From the sequence record MK327931.1: a stretch of 64,000 bases of DNA; one strand, 5' to 3'. Shown piece after piece: positions 19,771 to 29,801 of the stretch. Both the position numbers and the translations under genes were made by a program. Each line of letters begins with the position of its first letter. Position 1 is the first letter of the stretch. The notes below the pieces were generated by a model that searched no databases, had not been told where the DNA came from, and worked only from the letters and a program-made list of their open reading frames with translations.

Positions 19771-21210
19771 TTACATATTTTCTTCAGCAAATTCTGCAAG
19801 TGGTGAACGAACAACACCTTCTAGTTCGATGACACGACAACCTGCCCAATCTTTAAACTTCTCAGTTACATATGTCAAACCACTGTTAACAGGACTAATA
19901 AACTTACTGTCAATCTGACTCAAGTTACCCATAATTACTACTTTACAGTTTAATCCTGCTCGTGTCAAGATTGTTTTGGCTTGTGCAGGTGTAATGTTTT
20001 GGAATTCATCAACTACTAGAATAGTGTTGGTGAATGAACGTCCACGTACAAAGTTTAGTGCTTTAAATTGAATAACATTACGTTTCATAATCTCTTCAAT
20101 ACTACCTTGAGGGTTAGCATCATCTTTATGAAGAAACTCTAACGCGTCAATTGCGGCTCCACAGAATGGAATCACTTTTTCTGCTTCTGAACCTGGCAAG
20201 AAACCAATATCTTCAAACTGTGAGTCTTGAGTTTTAGAGAAGATGATTCGGTCGTATTTACGTTTTTCCAGTACTAATTCTAATGCAGTCGCAATCGTAA
20301 TTAGTGTTTTACCAGTACCAGCAGAACCTAGCAGTACTGTTAGATGTACATCAGGATCGAGAATACTGTTGATGGCGAGTGCTTGTTGGATATTCTTTGC
20401 TTTAATATCCCATACTTTAGCACGTAAAGCTACTGATTGTCCAATATCTTGGAATACCAAAATATCTTCTGGTGTTAGTGTTCCATCATCTTCCTCAATT
20501 GCTGATTGACCTTCGTACACAAATAATACGTCTGCATCATCATATAGATAATCCCCGATGCATAGATTTTGTGGGAGCAAATGCTCAATCAAGCTTTTGG
20601 AAATGTAATGATACAAACGACGACCAACTTGTTCGGATTGAATATTAGTATTGGTTAAGTTGCTATATACTTCCCAAAAATTGATTTCCAAATGGTGTTG
20701 ACCAATGTGAATCAAATCACTATCACCAATAACAATATCATGGCGATAATCTTGTACCTCGACACCATAACTTAGTGCTTTGATACGCATGTTGATATCA
20801 CGAGTTACCAGTACTGATTCTGTTGCTAAAGCTACCAGAATGATTTTATCATCAGGTACTGTGCTTTTGAGAAGGGTTTGAACTTTCTCTTCTGAACCTT
20901 TAGTACGAATTAGTGCTTCAGCTTCTTCGTTTGTAATAACAAACAATTTGCTATCAGGATTCATATTGGTATGAACATCAGCAATATTAACACCAGTACT
21001 ACTAATCTCATCATGTGATGCATCTGCAATAATTGCTTCAATGTTACGAATAGCAACACGAGCATCGCGTGAAACATCTACATTACGACTCTTAATTGAA
21101 TCCAATTCTTCCAGTACTGTAAATGGTAGAATGATTGCAGCACCATCAAAAGCAATAGATGCATTAGGGTCAGATAGTAGTACGTTTGTGTCAATTGTAT
21201 ATTTTTTCAT
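19771..21210 (-). CDS. phoH: PhoH-family ATPase with N-terminal PIN domain
   Basis: YTIDTNVLL PIN start; GSAGTGKT Walker A; RGRSF; VDEFQN; VRSPLAEFAE. Confidence 0.95.
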   Translation of the reverse strand: MKKYTIDTNVLLSDPNASIAFDGAAIILPFTVLEELDSIKSRNVDVSRDARVAIRNIEAIIADASHDEISSTGVNIADVHTNMNPDSKLFVITNEEAEALIRTKGSEEKVQTLLKSTVPDDKIILVALATESVLVTRDINMRIKALSYGVEVQDYRHDIVIGDSDLIHIGQHHLEINFWEVYSNLTNTNIQSEQVGRRLYHYISKSLIEHLLPQNLCIGDYLYDDADVLFVYEGQSAIEEDDGTLTPEDILVFQDIGQSVALRAKVWDIKAKNIQQALAINSILDPDVHLTVLLGSAGTGKTLITIATALELVLEKRKYDRIIFSKTQDSQFEDIGFLPGSEAEKVIPFCGAAIDALEFLHKDDANPQGSIEEIMKRNVIQFKALNFVRGRSFTNTILVVDEFQNITPAQAKTILTRAGLNCKVVIMGNLSQIDSKFISPVNSGLTYVTEKFKDWAGCRVIELEGVVRSPLAEFAEENM

Positions 21211-21270
21211 AAAACATCCTTGAGTTATGAGTACATCCTTGTACTCGACTAATGTTATTGACTCGGATTA

Positions 21271-21573
21271 TTACATATTTGGTTCGTATTCAACATAGCA
21301 ACGTGAACCTCGAACCTTTTCTTCCCAGCACTCCTGGTAAACAAGTTGACCAATTGAAACTGGTTCTCTTGATAGTCCATTACGTACTTCACCATTTTGG
21401 GTTTTATACATAAATGAACATTTGGACTCGCTACATTGTCCTAAACTAACAACTTCTGCGGTATTGTAGTGAATGTTGGTACGCTTAGTGTTCTCGTGAT
21501 ACTGTCCGAACCAAAGAACTCCTGCACCTAACAGAACAGTACAAATAAGACTTTTGATGTGTGTTTGAATCAT
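21271..21573 (-). CDS. Membrane-anchored hypothetical protein
   Basis: N-terminal TM helix, Cys-rich body. Confidence 0.6.
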   Translation of the reverse strand: MIQTHIKSLICTVLLGAGVLWFGQYHENTKRTNIHYNTAEVVSLGQCSESKCSFMYKTQNGEVRNGLSREPVSIGQLVYQECWEEKVRGSRCYVEYEPNM

Positions 21574-21890
21574 AATGAGTTAAATCCATTGTTTAAGTAT
21601 GTTTCAATATTAATTTTACCAACAGGATTACTACTGTGAACAAAGTACTCAAACGGTTCTTTAATATTATTATCAAACATATAATCAATAAGAAACTTAG
21701 CAAAAGAATATCCAGTCTTTTCGTCTTCGCTCACATCACCCAAGTCATGGTCGAATGATACAAATGCTGGAATTCCATTTTCAATAACATATTCACATGC
21801 ACTTTTAAAGTCACGACATACCACCATATCTTGGTTTGGATAATATAGATTTGCATCACGAATATCATCCAAAAACATTGAGTAAGACAT
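21570..21890 (-). CDS. Cyclic-phosphate-processing receiver domain protein (cREC-like)
   Basis: MFLDDIR, SFDHDLG, KTGY, VHSSNPVG. Confidence 0.8.
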   Translation of the reverse strand: MSYSMFLDDIRDANLYYPNQDMVVCRDFKSACEYVIENGIPAFVSFDHDLGDVSEDEKTGYSFAKFLIDYMFDNNIKEPFEYFVHSSNPVGKINIETYLNNGFNSL

Positions 21891-21899
21891 GTTAAACTC

Positions 21900-22451
21900 C
21901 TATAGATAACTAATTAGTAAGTTTTCTTTTTGAACCAGATACTCCAATTCTTGTTTTGCTGTACCGATGAAGTTCTGTGTCATAAGATTATTATATCCCG
22001 CTTCTCGATTTTGTCCCTTAGAATAACGAGAAATATGACATAAATTTACACCAGCAACTTCTGCACTTGCATGTTTAGCATTAGTGTATCCATCTCTAAT
22101 GTGTTTCAACTCGTCATAGGTTACTTCATAGCTAAAACTGTGACTGTTTGCACCTGGGTAAATTTCAAAAGTTTTGAGTGGTCGAAGATGGGAAACAAAA
22201 ATATTGTAATCCATTTCTTCTTGAACTTCACGACGCAACGCATCTTCTAGTGAGATATCAGTACTTTCTACGGTTCCACCACATCCACCAAGAAGACCAT
22301 CCCATCGTAATTGCAGTAATACTAAATTTACTTCTGGTATATCATTCAACTCATAGTTTTTGTAAGGGTTGCATTTTCTTGCAAAGAAATAACAAAATAC
22401 AAAATTTGCACGTGTGCCATATTCACCAAAGGGAACTTCTTTAACACTCAT
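21900..22451 (-). CDS. Nudix hydrolase, NUDT16-like
   Basis: LLQLRWDGLLGGCGGTV...SLEDALRREVQEE (Nudix box); C-terminal NFIGTAKQEL. Confidence 0.8.
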   Translation of the reverse strand: MSVKEVPFGEYGTRANFVFCYFFARKCNPYKNYELNDIPEVNLVLLQLRWDGLLGGCGGTVESTDISLEDALRREVQEEMDYNIFVSHLRPLKTFEIYPGANSHSFSYEVTYDELKHIRDGYTNAKHASAEVAGVNLCHISRYSKGQNREAGYNNLMTQNFIGTAKQELEYLVQKENLLISYL

Positions 22452-23206
22452 TTCATACGTTCCTTAATTATAGTCTCTAGATGCGGTATTGCTTTGGTTG
22501 CTGGCTTGATAACTTTTTCATTAAACAAAAAATCATTATCATTTTTACGAATGTTAACATTAACACTATAACATGGTAATGCTGCTGCTAATCTCGACCA
22601 TACCAGTACTGTATCGCTACTACCAATTACAATAACTGTATCATTTTCATTAAGAGATTTCAACACATTATTTCGTTCTTCGTAAATTGGTAAGCGAATA
22701 CCATCAACATAACGATGATATTCTCCAATCATTACTACATTTGGTTTAGCAAAAACATCATGTTTTGGTATGTATGGTTCGTATCCGCAGTTAATAACAT
22801 TATAATCATCGGAATTGATACTATAATTTTCAATAACTTCGCACAAGTTTCCATGAAGTTTAAGCTCATGACCACCAATACGAGTATAAAGATCGTCCAT
22901 GTTAGAAGTCATATGAAGGAAGCAATCACCATATTGATCTTCTAACGATTTTATAAAATAATGCATTGCATTCGGTTCGCATTGTCCCAATTTTACACGT
23001 AATGTATTATAGAAAGAATGAACAACATGATATTTTGTAGTTAAACTAGCAATGTTACATACATCATTAATTTTAAATGTATCCCACAAACCATCATCAA
23101 ATCGAAAAGGTTCCATACCACTTTCAACAGAAAGTCCTGCACCTGATATAATCAGTAATCGCTTTTTACCTTCATTGCTTATAAATTTTTCTGATATCAT
23201 ATTCAA
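22448..23206 (-). CDS. Sir2/CobB-family NAD-dependent enzyme
   Basis: IISGAGLSVESGMEPFR..DGLW; TSNMDDL; LHGNL; KPNVVMIGE; VIGSS. Confidence 0.9.
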   Translation of the reverse strand: MNMISEKFISNEGKKRLLIISGAGLSVESGMEPFRFDDGLWDTFKINDVCNIASLTTKYHVVHSFYNTLRVKLGQCEPNAMHYFIKSLEDQYGDCFLHMTSNMDDLYTRIGGHELKLHGNLCEVIENYSINSDDYNVINCGYEPYIPKHDVFAKPNVVMIGEYHRYVDGIRLPIYEERNNVLKSLNENDTVIVIGSSDTVLVWSRLAAALPCYSVNVNIRKNDNDFLFNEKVIKPATKAIPHLETIIKERMK

Positions 23207-23403
23207 TCCTTATAAAAAACAATTAAATATATTGATAATAACAGAATGATTCCAATATGATAGGCATACATAAAATTATTATCTTTGTGATAACCATTGG
23301 ATTTCAAGTCCCTATATAAGCATTTAGCATTGTTATAAATTACAACAATAGAAAAAACTATAAAAAAACTCAAAACCCATTCATAAATTGTGTATGCCAT
23401 CAT
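23203..23403 (-). CDS. Small membrane protein
   Basis: Two hydrophobic segments. Confidence 0.55.
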   Translation of the reverse strand: MMAYTIYEWVLSFFIVFSIVVIYNNAKCLYRDLKSNGYHKDNNFMYAYHIGIILLLSIYLIVFYKD

Positions 23404-23430
23404 CTATTCTCTCTTATAATATTAGTACTT

Positions 23431-24024
23431 TTAATATTTTAAAACATCAAACTCTTCGCTTACGNNNNNNNNNNNNNNNNNNNNNNNNNNNNNNNNNNNN
23501 NNNNNNNNNNNNNNNNNNNNNNNNNNNNNNNNNNNNNNNNNNNNNNNNNNNNNNNNNNNNNNNNNNNNNNNNNNNNNNNNNNNNNNNNNNNNNNNNNNNN
23601 NNNNNNNNNNNNNNNNNNNNNNNNNNNNNNNNNNNNNNNNNNNNNNGATTGTATGATTGTGGAGAATGATAAATTGTCCACCTCCTACATCTTGTGATGC
23701 ATCTCGTGCACCCCATTCTTCTTTAAACATTTGACGAATAATTGGAATAACTTTAAGAACCAAATATTGTGAAAATGTTTGACTAGCATCTTGTTCAGGT
23801 AAATTAAGGTTATAATTTAACAACTGACCCATACGAAATGATGTAGTATAACCCAATGCCATTACTTCTTTAGTTCTAGTTAGTCCATCATCATGTAACT
23901 TGATAAATTCTTTCTCGAATACCTTTGGCTCAGTTTGAACAGTTTTTGTAAATCCATTGCTTCCTAACTTATCCCCAGCAATAAAAGAACTTACTCCGTC
24001 AGTGTGTGCAATAATACAGGTCAT
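23431..24024 (-). CDS. Ntn-hydrolase (HslV/proteasome-beta-like) peptidase; partly N
   Basis: Start MTCII (Thr2), AGDKLGS, PKVF, GYTTSFRMGQLL. Confidence 0.7.
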   Translation of the reverse strand: MTCIIAHTDGVSSFIAGDKLGSNGFTKTVQTEPKVFEKEFIKLHDDGLTRTKEVMALGYTTSFRMGQLLNYNLNLPEQDASQTFSQYLVLKVIPIIRQMFKEEWGARDASQDVGGGQFIILHNHTIXXXXXXXXXXXXXXXXXXXXXXXXXXXXXXXXXXXXXXXXXXXXXXXXXXXXXXXXXXXXXVSEEFDVLKY

Positions 24025-24281
24025 AAAATAGCTCCAATTGCAAATAATGTTGTGTATAAGATATAAATTAGTGCTCCTAACAACATTAGGCACACCAAGT
24101 ATGAAGTTGATAGTACATAATAAATTATTGCTTCGAATTTTGAATTGAACTTCATTGTAGTTGAATCAATAAAGCCATTACGATAATCTTTGTAAATGAA
24201 AACTGTTAGAAAAATAACTGTAGCATACATTACTACAGTAGCATAAAAAATAATAGATGTCAAGTTTTGGATGTTTGTCAT
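24021..24281 (-). CDS. Small membrane protein
   Basis: Two TM-like helices. Confidence 0.6.
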   Translation of the reverse strand: MTNIQNLTSIIFYATVVMYATVIFLTVFIYKDYRNGFIDSTTMKFNSKFEAIIYYVLSTSYLVCLMLLGALIYILYTTLFAIGAIL

Positions 24282-24351
24282 AGTTATATAATCTCAATAT
24301 AATTAATAACAAAGGAAGTACATCATAATCATCCTGTTATTTTAATTATTT

Positions 24352-24975
24352 TTATTGTTTGACTGAACCGTAAAAAACCAGTTCTGGTTTTGTTAATATT
24401 ACAACATCTTCACCACGAGAACGACTAACTCTAAATAGAACTTCTGGTGGGATTCCATTTGCTGCATATAGTGAAAAAAGGAAACCTACCTTTGTTGCCA
24501 TTTCTTCGGTAAAAGTTGATAACTGTCTTACAGACACAAATGAATTATCACCATCAGTAACATTACTTTTAATCGAAATGTTATGAAGACCCAGTACTGA
24601 GCGATTTGTCATATATCGCTTTTCGGGAGATACACTAAAGAATACCACAGTACATGCTGAATTGCAATACCTAGAAACAATTAAATTTATCCCATTGTCT
24701 CTAACAAAGTTTGCCATTCGAATACCTGCATCAAAATCACCACCAGGAGATGTAATTGTGATGGTATCATAGTGTTCTTTATCATACAACTCTATCATAC
24801 GCTTGAGTGACCCATCTGTAATATCTGATATGAAATATACATTTCGGGTTTCAGGATTATACTTTATCACATTTTTACTTTCAATACCAGCACTGGCTGG
24901 AAAATTTATTAACAATAGAAACATTGCTGCTTGTATCACTTCAAGCCATAGTCTTTTCATATAACAAGTCCTCAA
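24352..24975 (-). CDS. Exported ClpP/crotonase-fold peptidase-like protein
   Basis: Signal-like N-terminus; ITSPGGD; CNSACT; LGLH. Confidence 0.7.
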   Translation of the reverse strand: MRTCYMKRLWLEVIQAAMFLLLINFPASAGIESKNVIKYNPETRNVYFISDITDGSLKRMIELYDKEHYDTITITSPGGDFDAGIRMANFVRDNGINLIVSRYCNSACTVVFFSVSPEKRYMTNRSVLGLHNISIKSNVTDGDNSFVSVRQLSTFTEEMATKVGFLFSLYAANGIPPEVLFRVSRSRGEDVVILTKPELVFYGSVKQ

Positions 24976-24990
24976 TTTTGTTTAGGAAGA

Positions 24991-24998
24991 TATAAATA
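24991..24998 (+). promoter_or_regulatory. T4-type late promoter TATAAATA candidate for the plus-strand gene
   Basis: Exact consensus ~190 nt upstream of 25186; an AT-rich chance match is possible. Confidence 0.4.
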
Positions 24999-25024
24999 AT
25001 ATAGTACTTAAACACTTAAGTCAA
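24996..25024 (-). promoter_or_regulatory. Sigma70-type promoter TTGACT-17-TATTAT
   Basis: Exact spacing, upstream of 24975. Confidence 0.6.
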
Positions 25025-25185
25025 ACTTTTTCTGTACTTAACTCAAATTTTTAAAAATAAAACTTAAGGTGTACAGTTTATAACAGATCATATCATACCA
25101 CTGATGTTTTGTCAACTAGTTCATGGTGCATCTGATGTAAAAAACAAATATATTTCATACTTATATTTAAAAAAGGAAATAAAAT

Positions 25186-25563
25186 ATGAAAGCTATCGCA
25201 GCACAAGGTAAACTACCATTCAATATCGGCGGGTTTTGTGTAACCGCAGCTAATATAAACGGTGAATTGAAATATAACTTGAACATCTTTAATCAACGTT
25301 CTAGTTGTGTTTACGATCTCATTGATACTGATTTTAATGTTTATCGTTTTGTAACTATCACTAGTTATGATAAAGATAAAATTAGATTAGATGCATCTAA
25401 AACAGCATTGGAAATTGCACCAACTCTAGCCAAAAATACTTTTTGTATTAAGATTGACGATAGTGCATTTGCTGAATCATTCCAGTTTCATAAAATTAAA
25501 TTGAGTACTGGGGCGATGAAATATCACCCTTGGGATTTGTATTATTGCAACCTCCCAGGTTAA
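25186..25563 (+). CDS. Hypothetical protein; only well-supported plus-strand gene
   Basis: RBS AAGGA, own intergenic space, followed by a bidirectional terminator. Confidence 0.8.
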   Translation: MKAIAAQGKLPFNIGGFCVTAANINGELKYNLNIFNQRSSCVYDLIDTDFNVYRFVTITSYDKDKIRLDASKTALEIAPTLAKNTFCIKIDDSAFAESFQFHKIKLSTGAMKYHPWDLYYCNLPG

Positions 25564-25564
25564 C

Positions 25565-25593
25565 AAAAAAGGAGCCTTGTGGCTCCTTTTTTT
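25565..25593. terminator. Bidirectional intrinsic terminator
   Basis: A6-GGAGCC-TTGT-GGCTCC-T7 between convergent genes. Confidence 0.9.
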
Positions 25594-25849
25594 ATTCTAC
25601 AGTATTAAGCTTCTGACAAATCATATCAGCTTCTACTNNNNNNNNNNNNNNNNNNNNNNNTCCAAATCTACTTGTTACCCTTTTCTCACTACGGTGTATA
25701 CAGTTTACAATATAGTACTTATTATTTTGTGCAGAAAAACGAACTTCATAATTTCGAAAAGAAGTATTAGGTTCATCCATAGCAACTATATATAACATAA
25801 AAATAAAAAACACTGTTATTAGAAAAGCAATAATAATTATTACTGTCAT
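25592..25849 (-). CDS. Membrane-anchored hypothetical protein
   Basis: N-terminal TM helix; short N-run inside. Confidence 0.55.
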   Translation of the reverse strand: MTVIIIIAFLITVFFIFMLYIVAMDEPNTSFRNYEVRFSAQNNKYYIVNCIHRSEKRVTSRFGXXXXXXXXVEADMICQKLNTVE

Positions 25850-26337
25850 TTATCAAGACCCTTATCATAAATGCAATTAACAATAATTNNNNNNNNNNNN
25901 NNNNNNNNNNNNNNNNNNNNNNNNNNNNNNNNNNNNNNNNNNNNNNNNNNNNNNNNNNNNNNNNNNNNNNNNNNNNNNNNNNNNNNNNNNNNNNNNNNNN
26001 NNNNNNNNNNNNNNNNNNNNNNNNNNNNNNNNNNNNNNNNNNNNNNNNNNNNNNNNNNNNNNNNNNNNNNNNNNNNNNNNNNNNNNNNNNNNNNNNNNNN
26101 NNNNNNNNNNNNNNNNNNNNNNNNNNNNNNNNNNNNNNNNNNNNNNNNNNNNNNNNNNNNNNNNNNNNNNNNNNNNNNNNNNNNNNNNNNNNNNNNNNNN
26201 NNNNNNNNNNNNNNNNNNNNNNNNNNNNNNNNNNNNNNNNNNNNNNNNNNNNNNNNNNNTTGTGAAATACATTTACTTTCCTCAGCAACTACTTCTGCTA
26301 TCTTCAACCAAGTCGTATGTTTCATTATAAGCTCCAA
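25846..26337 (-). CDS. Probable dCMP deaminase (mostly N)
   Basis: MKHTTWLKIAEVVAEESKC resembles the T4 Cd N-terminus; catalytic motifs fall in the gap. Confidence 0.6.
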   Translation of the reverse strand: MELIMKHTTWLKIAEVVAEESKCISQXXXXXXXXXXXXXXXXXXXXXXXXXXXXXXXXXXXXXXXXXXXXXXXXXXXXXXXXXXXXXXXXXXXXXXXXXXXXXXXXXXXXXXXXXXXXXXXXXXXXXXXXXXXXXXXXXXXXXXXXXXXXIIVNCIYDKGLDK

Positions 26338-28218
26338 TACTTAACAATGCGTTTTTACACAAATCATGAATTTTCATAACTCGAATATAGTTTAACACAT
26401 CTGTTTCATTAATTTCAAATGGTTTATCTGCATATGTAGACCACGTTTGATTTAATTCAATAACAAATGTAATTTTATCTGTATCCATAATATTATCACA
26501 AAATCTACGAAAATCTTGCTCTTCATCGGAAAGTCTGAAATTTAAATCATTTTTTAAACCATTAACTGTGAAGCAAATACCAGTACTGTAACCGATGCAA
26601 ATATCTTCAATATCATATAATCCATAAATTAATTTAGAGATAAACGTGCTATATTTGTTTCTATGATAATAGTTTAATATTTCTTGTTTAATATTAATTT
26701 CAATATCAGTAGTTTTTTGTAATGTAAGTTTAATTAATTCTAATGTCTTGATTATGTTATCTAACCAGATATTAGTATCATCTATACTTAGGTGTGTGTA
26801 TTTCATTATGTCCCTCTAGATTCCAATCATCAACGAGTTTAGAACAAACTTCCATATGATTATAGTACTTTTCATCCAATACATACGGTTTATTATGATN
26901 NNNNNNNNNNNNNNNNNNNNNNNNNNNATTTCTATATATGAATGACATATTTTTATGCATTAATTCTATAGTTTTCCAAATTTTCTCAATATCATATAGA
27001 ATTGTTTCTAATGACAAACCTGTTAACTTGGAAATTCTTTCAACTTTAAACCCTGATAACATCATAGTACTGTTGTGTTTAGTTAAGTAACTATATCCAA
27101 TAGAACTATGTATTAACTCAATACTATCAGTGTATGTGATTGTTTTTAGAAATGATTTTATATTTCTATTAAACCAATACCACTTTTTGTTTTTATTATA
27201 ACAACTATACCATTTCTTCAATATATCAATTGCTTCAGAATTAATTTTTAAANNNNNNNNNNNNNNNNNNNNNNNATGATGGTAAAAAATATCACTTTGT
27301 TCTTCAGTTAAATTATATTGCTGCATATTCACCTACCCTAGTAACAATGATTCCTTGGGTATTTAGCTCATATAGATCAAAATATGATCAATGGAAAATT
27401 GATATACAGCAATAAAAATAGGAATCCCATGATAGGATTCCTTTTCACAATATTATTTTTGATATGGGGTGTACTGATATTTTTCACAATCAGAAACAGT
27501 TAGAACACCTTCATCATAACCATATTGAAGTACAAGGNNNNNNNNNNNNNNNNNNNNNNNAACAACATCTTTATAACGAACAATCTTATGAGATTGATTC
27601 TCAACTGCTTTCATAATCCCCATTAGCAACCAGCGACCTTCATCGGTGTGTAATTTAGCAAAGCGTGGACGCTTTGTCGCTGCCATAATATCAGTCCATT
27701 CAGCTTTAAAAATGTGTGGACGTTTTGGAATATCATATAGTGTAGTAGGGAAAGTTACATTATTTTTCTTCATTGCTTCTGCTTGTGCTGCACGATAGCC
27801 CTGACGATATAATGGATGCTGCATTTTTAGCTGTTCAGCACTTAGAACTACTTTTGCTTTGTATGCGTCATAACCATCTTTATATTGTGCATTGGACATA
27901 TTATTCTTTTACCTCATCAGTTTGAATGTATTTTTTGTCAGAGAATGTACCGTGTTCTTTACGCACAGCTTCTGCATGTTGAACCGCATCAACNNNNNNN
28001 NNNNNNNNNNNNNNTAGTACTTCATTCATTAATTCAAGTACAATTGCAAAACCATTCAGCACACGCTCAGATTCATCTACATTTTTTAATTCAAGTGCTA
28101 CTGCACTAATTTGATCGAACGCAACATTAATAAAATCGGAATCTTCTAATACATTTGCTACTTCCGTATTATTACGTACTAGTACTTTCATATAATCTCC
28201 ACAAAGATGATGCCCCAT
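26282..28218 (-). other. Hypothetical CDS (26282..26806, 26778..27332, 27453..27899, 27901..28218)
   Basis: Tiled ORFs interrupted by short N-runs. Confidence 0.5.
27414..27445 (-). terminator. Intrinsic terminator
   Basis: AGGAATCC/GGATTCCT with T/A tracts on both sides. Confidence 0.7.
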
Positions 28219-28239
28219 ATTGAGGCATCAAAATCTATC

Positions 28240-28935
28240 TTACACCCACTCTTCTACACCACCGCGACGCTTAACTAAGTACTTGCCTTCTTCGTTACGT
28301 GGACCAAGAATAATACCATCAATGAAACCATGTTCACCATATTCAAGTGCTTCTTCTGCATTTAACCACAAATCGCGGTCAGCATCTTTTAGTAATTGTT
28401 CATGTGATACACCTACAGCTTCTGCAATTTCTTTGGTCAACAATGTATTCAGTGCATCAGAATGTTGTAGGGAAATCTTCTGGTCTGTAATTAGACCTTG
28501 TGTACCAGAACTTACTTGGTGACACATGAAGTATGAGCGTTTACCACCTAAACGGAAACCTTTAGTCCCAATAACAGATTGTGTATAGCAACCCATTGAT
28601 GCTGCATAGCCCATTACTACAGTGCGAATTGGCGAAATACAAGACTTAGCAACATCTGCAATACCCAAACCTGCGTGTACTGAACCACCCGGTGAACTAA
28701 TGTAGAATGTAATAGGGGAATCACCTTGTGAGTCTAACCATACCAATTGTTGTTTGATGATATGTGCCATTTGATCATTGAAATCAGTATCAAGGAAAAT
28801 GATACGGTCTTGCATCATACGAGATGCTAGATCATATGTACGTTCTGAACCATTAACTTTCTCAACTACGTAAGGAATAGAAATGTTACGTACTTCGCCA
28901 TTAGCATAACCACCAAACATGAATTGTTCAACCAT
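28240..28935 (-). CDS. clpP: ATP-dependent Clp protease proteolytic subunit
   Basis: IPYVVEK, DRIIFL, YISSPGGSV, AASMG (Ser), MCHQ (His), DADRD (Asp). Confidence 0.95.
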   Translation of the reverse strand: MVEQFMFGGYANGEVRNISIPYVVEKVNGSERTYDLASRMMQDRIIFLDTDFNDQMAHIIKQQLVWLDSQGDSPITFYISSPGGSVHAGLGIADVAKSCISPIRTVVMGYAASMGCYTQSVIGTKGFRLGGKRSYFMCHQVSSGTQGLITDQKISLQHSDALNTLLTKEIAEAVGVSHEQLLKDADRDLWLNAEEALEYGEHGFIDGIILGPRNEEGKYLVKRRGGVEEWV

Positions 28936-28969
28936 TATTAATTTCCTCTATTATTTCGTTGTTGTGAGT

Positions 28970-28998
28970 ATTATATCACTAAGATTTAAAATGTCCAA
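28970..28998 (-). promoter_or_regulatory. Extended -10 promoter TGGACA-16-TATAAT
   Basis: TGATATAAT upstream of clpP. Confidence 0.6.
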
Positions 28999-28999
28999 A

Positions 29000-29789
29000 C
29001 TATTTTACTGGAATATTTGAAAAGAAATCAGTCATCCAATACGCCGTCTCTTTGTTGAATAATACTGGATCAAACTTAAGTAACTCAACATGACTTGTAT
29101 CATACACGCTTGTATCGGTAATGTCAAACAAAGTTTTAGTACTGAATAGTGGATTACTCACTAGAAAGTAGTAATCAGCAGTAGTGCTAATGTCATCATA
29201 AAACACACCGTCATACCATCCATCATCATATACATAAACAGAATCGTCATGAAGATAGTAAACTTCTATATGTAAACTCAAGTTCTTCATGGTTTCAATC
29301 ATTTTTGCCGTATGAGGATTTAACTTATTGACATTTTCAAACACATAAGAGTGTTTTTTATTCATATCAACAAATGAAAATATTCGTACTGAACGTATAT
29401 TCATATTACTCCAAATAAACAAGTGAATTAATGAAATCATATTTCAATTTATCATCAACATAATTCAAATCAACTTTAATCATCGGAGCATGGGAACGTA
29501 TAGACAGTGTTTCCATAAAGTACTGATTAAGTTTGTATGTATGGAAAAGATGAATATCTCGTTTCAATACCACCATTACTTCCCCGAACAGATCACAGAG
29601 TTCAACTTCAGTGTTAGTTGGGTCAAACCCATAACGATTCTTTAATGTACGTGGTTCTTTATTTCGATAATAATGCACAGCTTTATTACTATTCACTAAC
29701 AAGTGATGATATGCATTACTATAAACTGAGCAAATAACTCGGCTTGGATAATTGGTATATTCTGGCAGTTCAAAATAAATTAATGACAC
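29000..29789 (-). other. Two hypothetical CDS (29000..29440, 29406..29789)
   Basis: Tiled ORFs. Confidence 0.55.
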
Positions 29790-29801
29790 AATATCCTCTC
29801 A

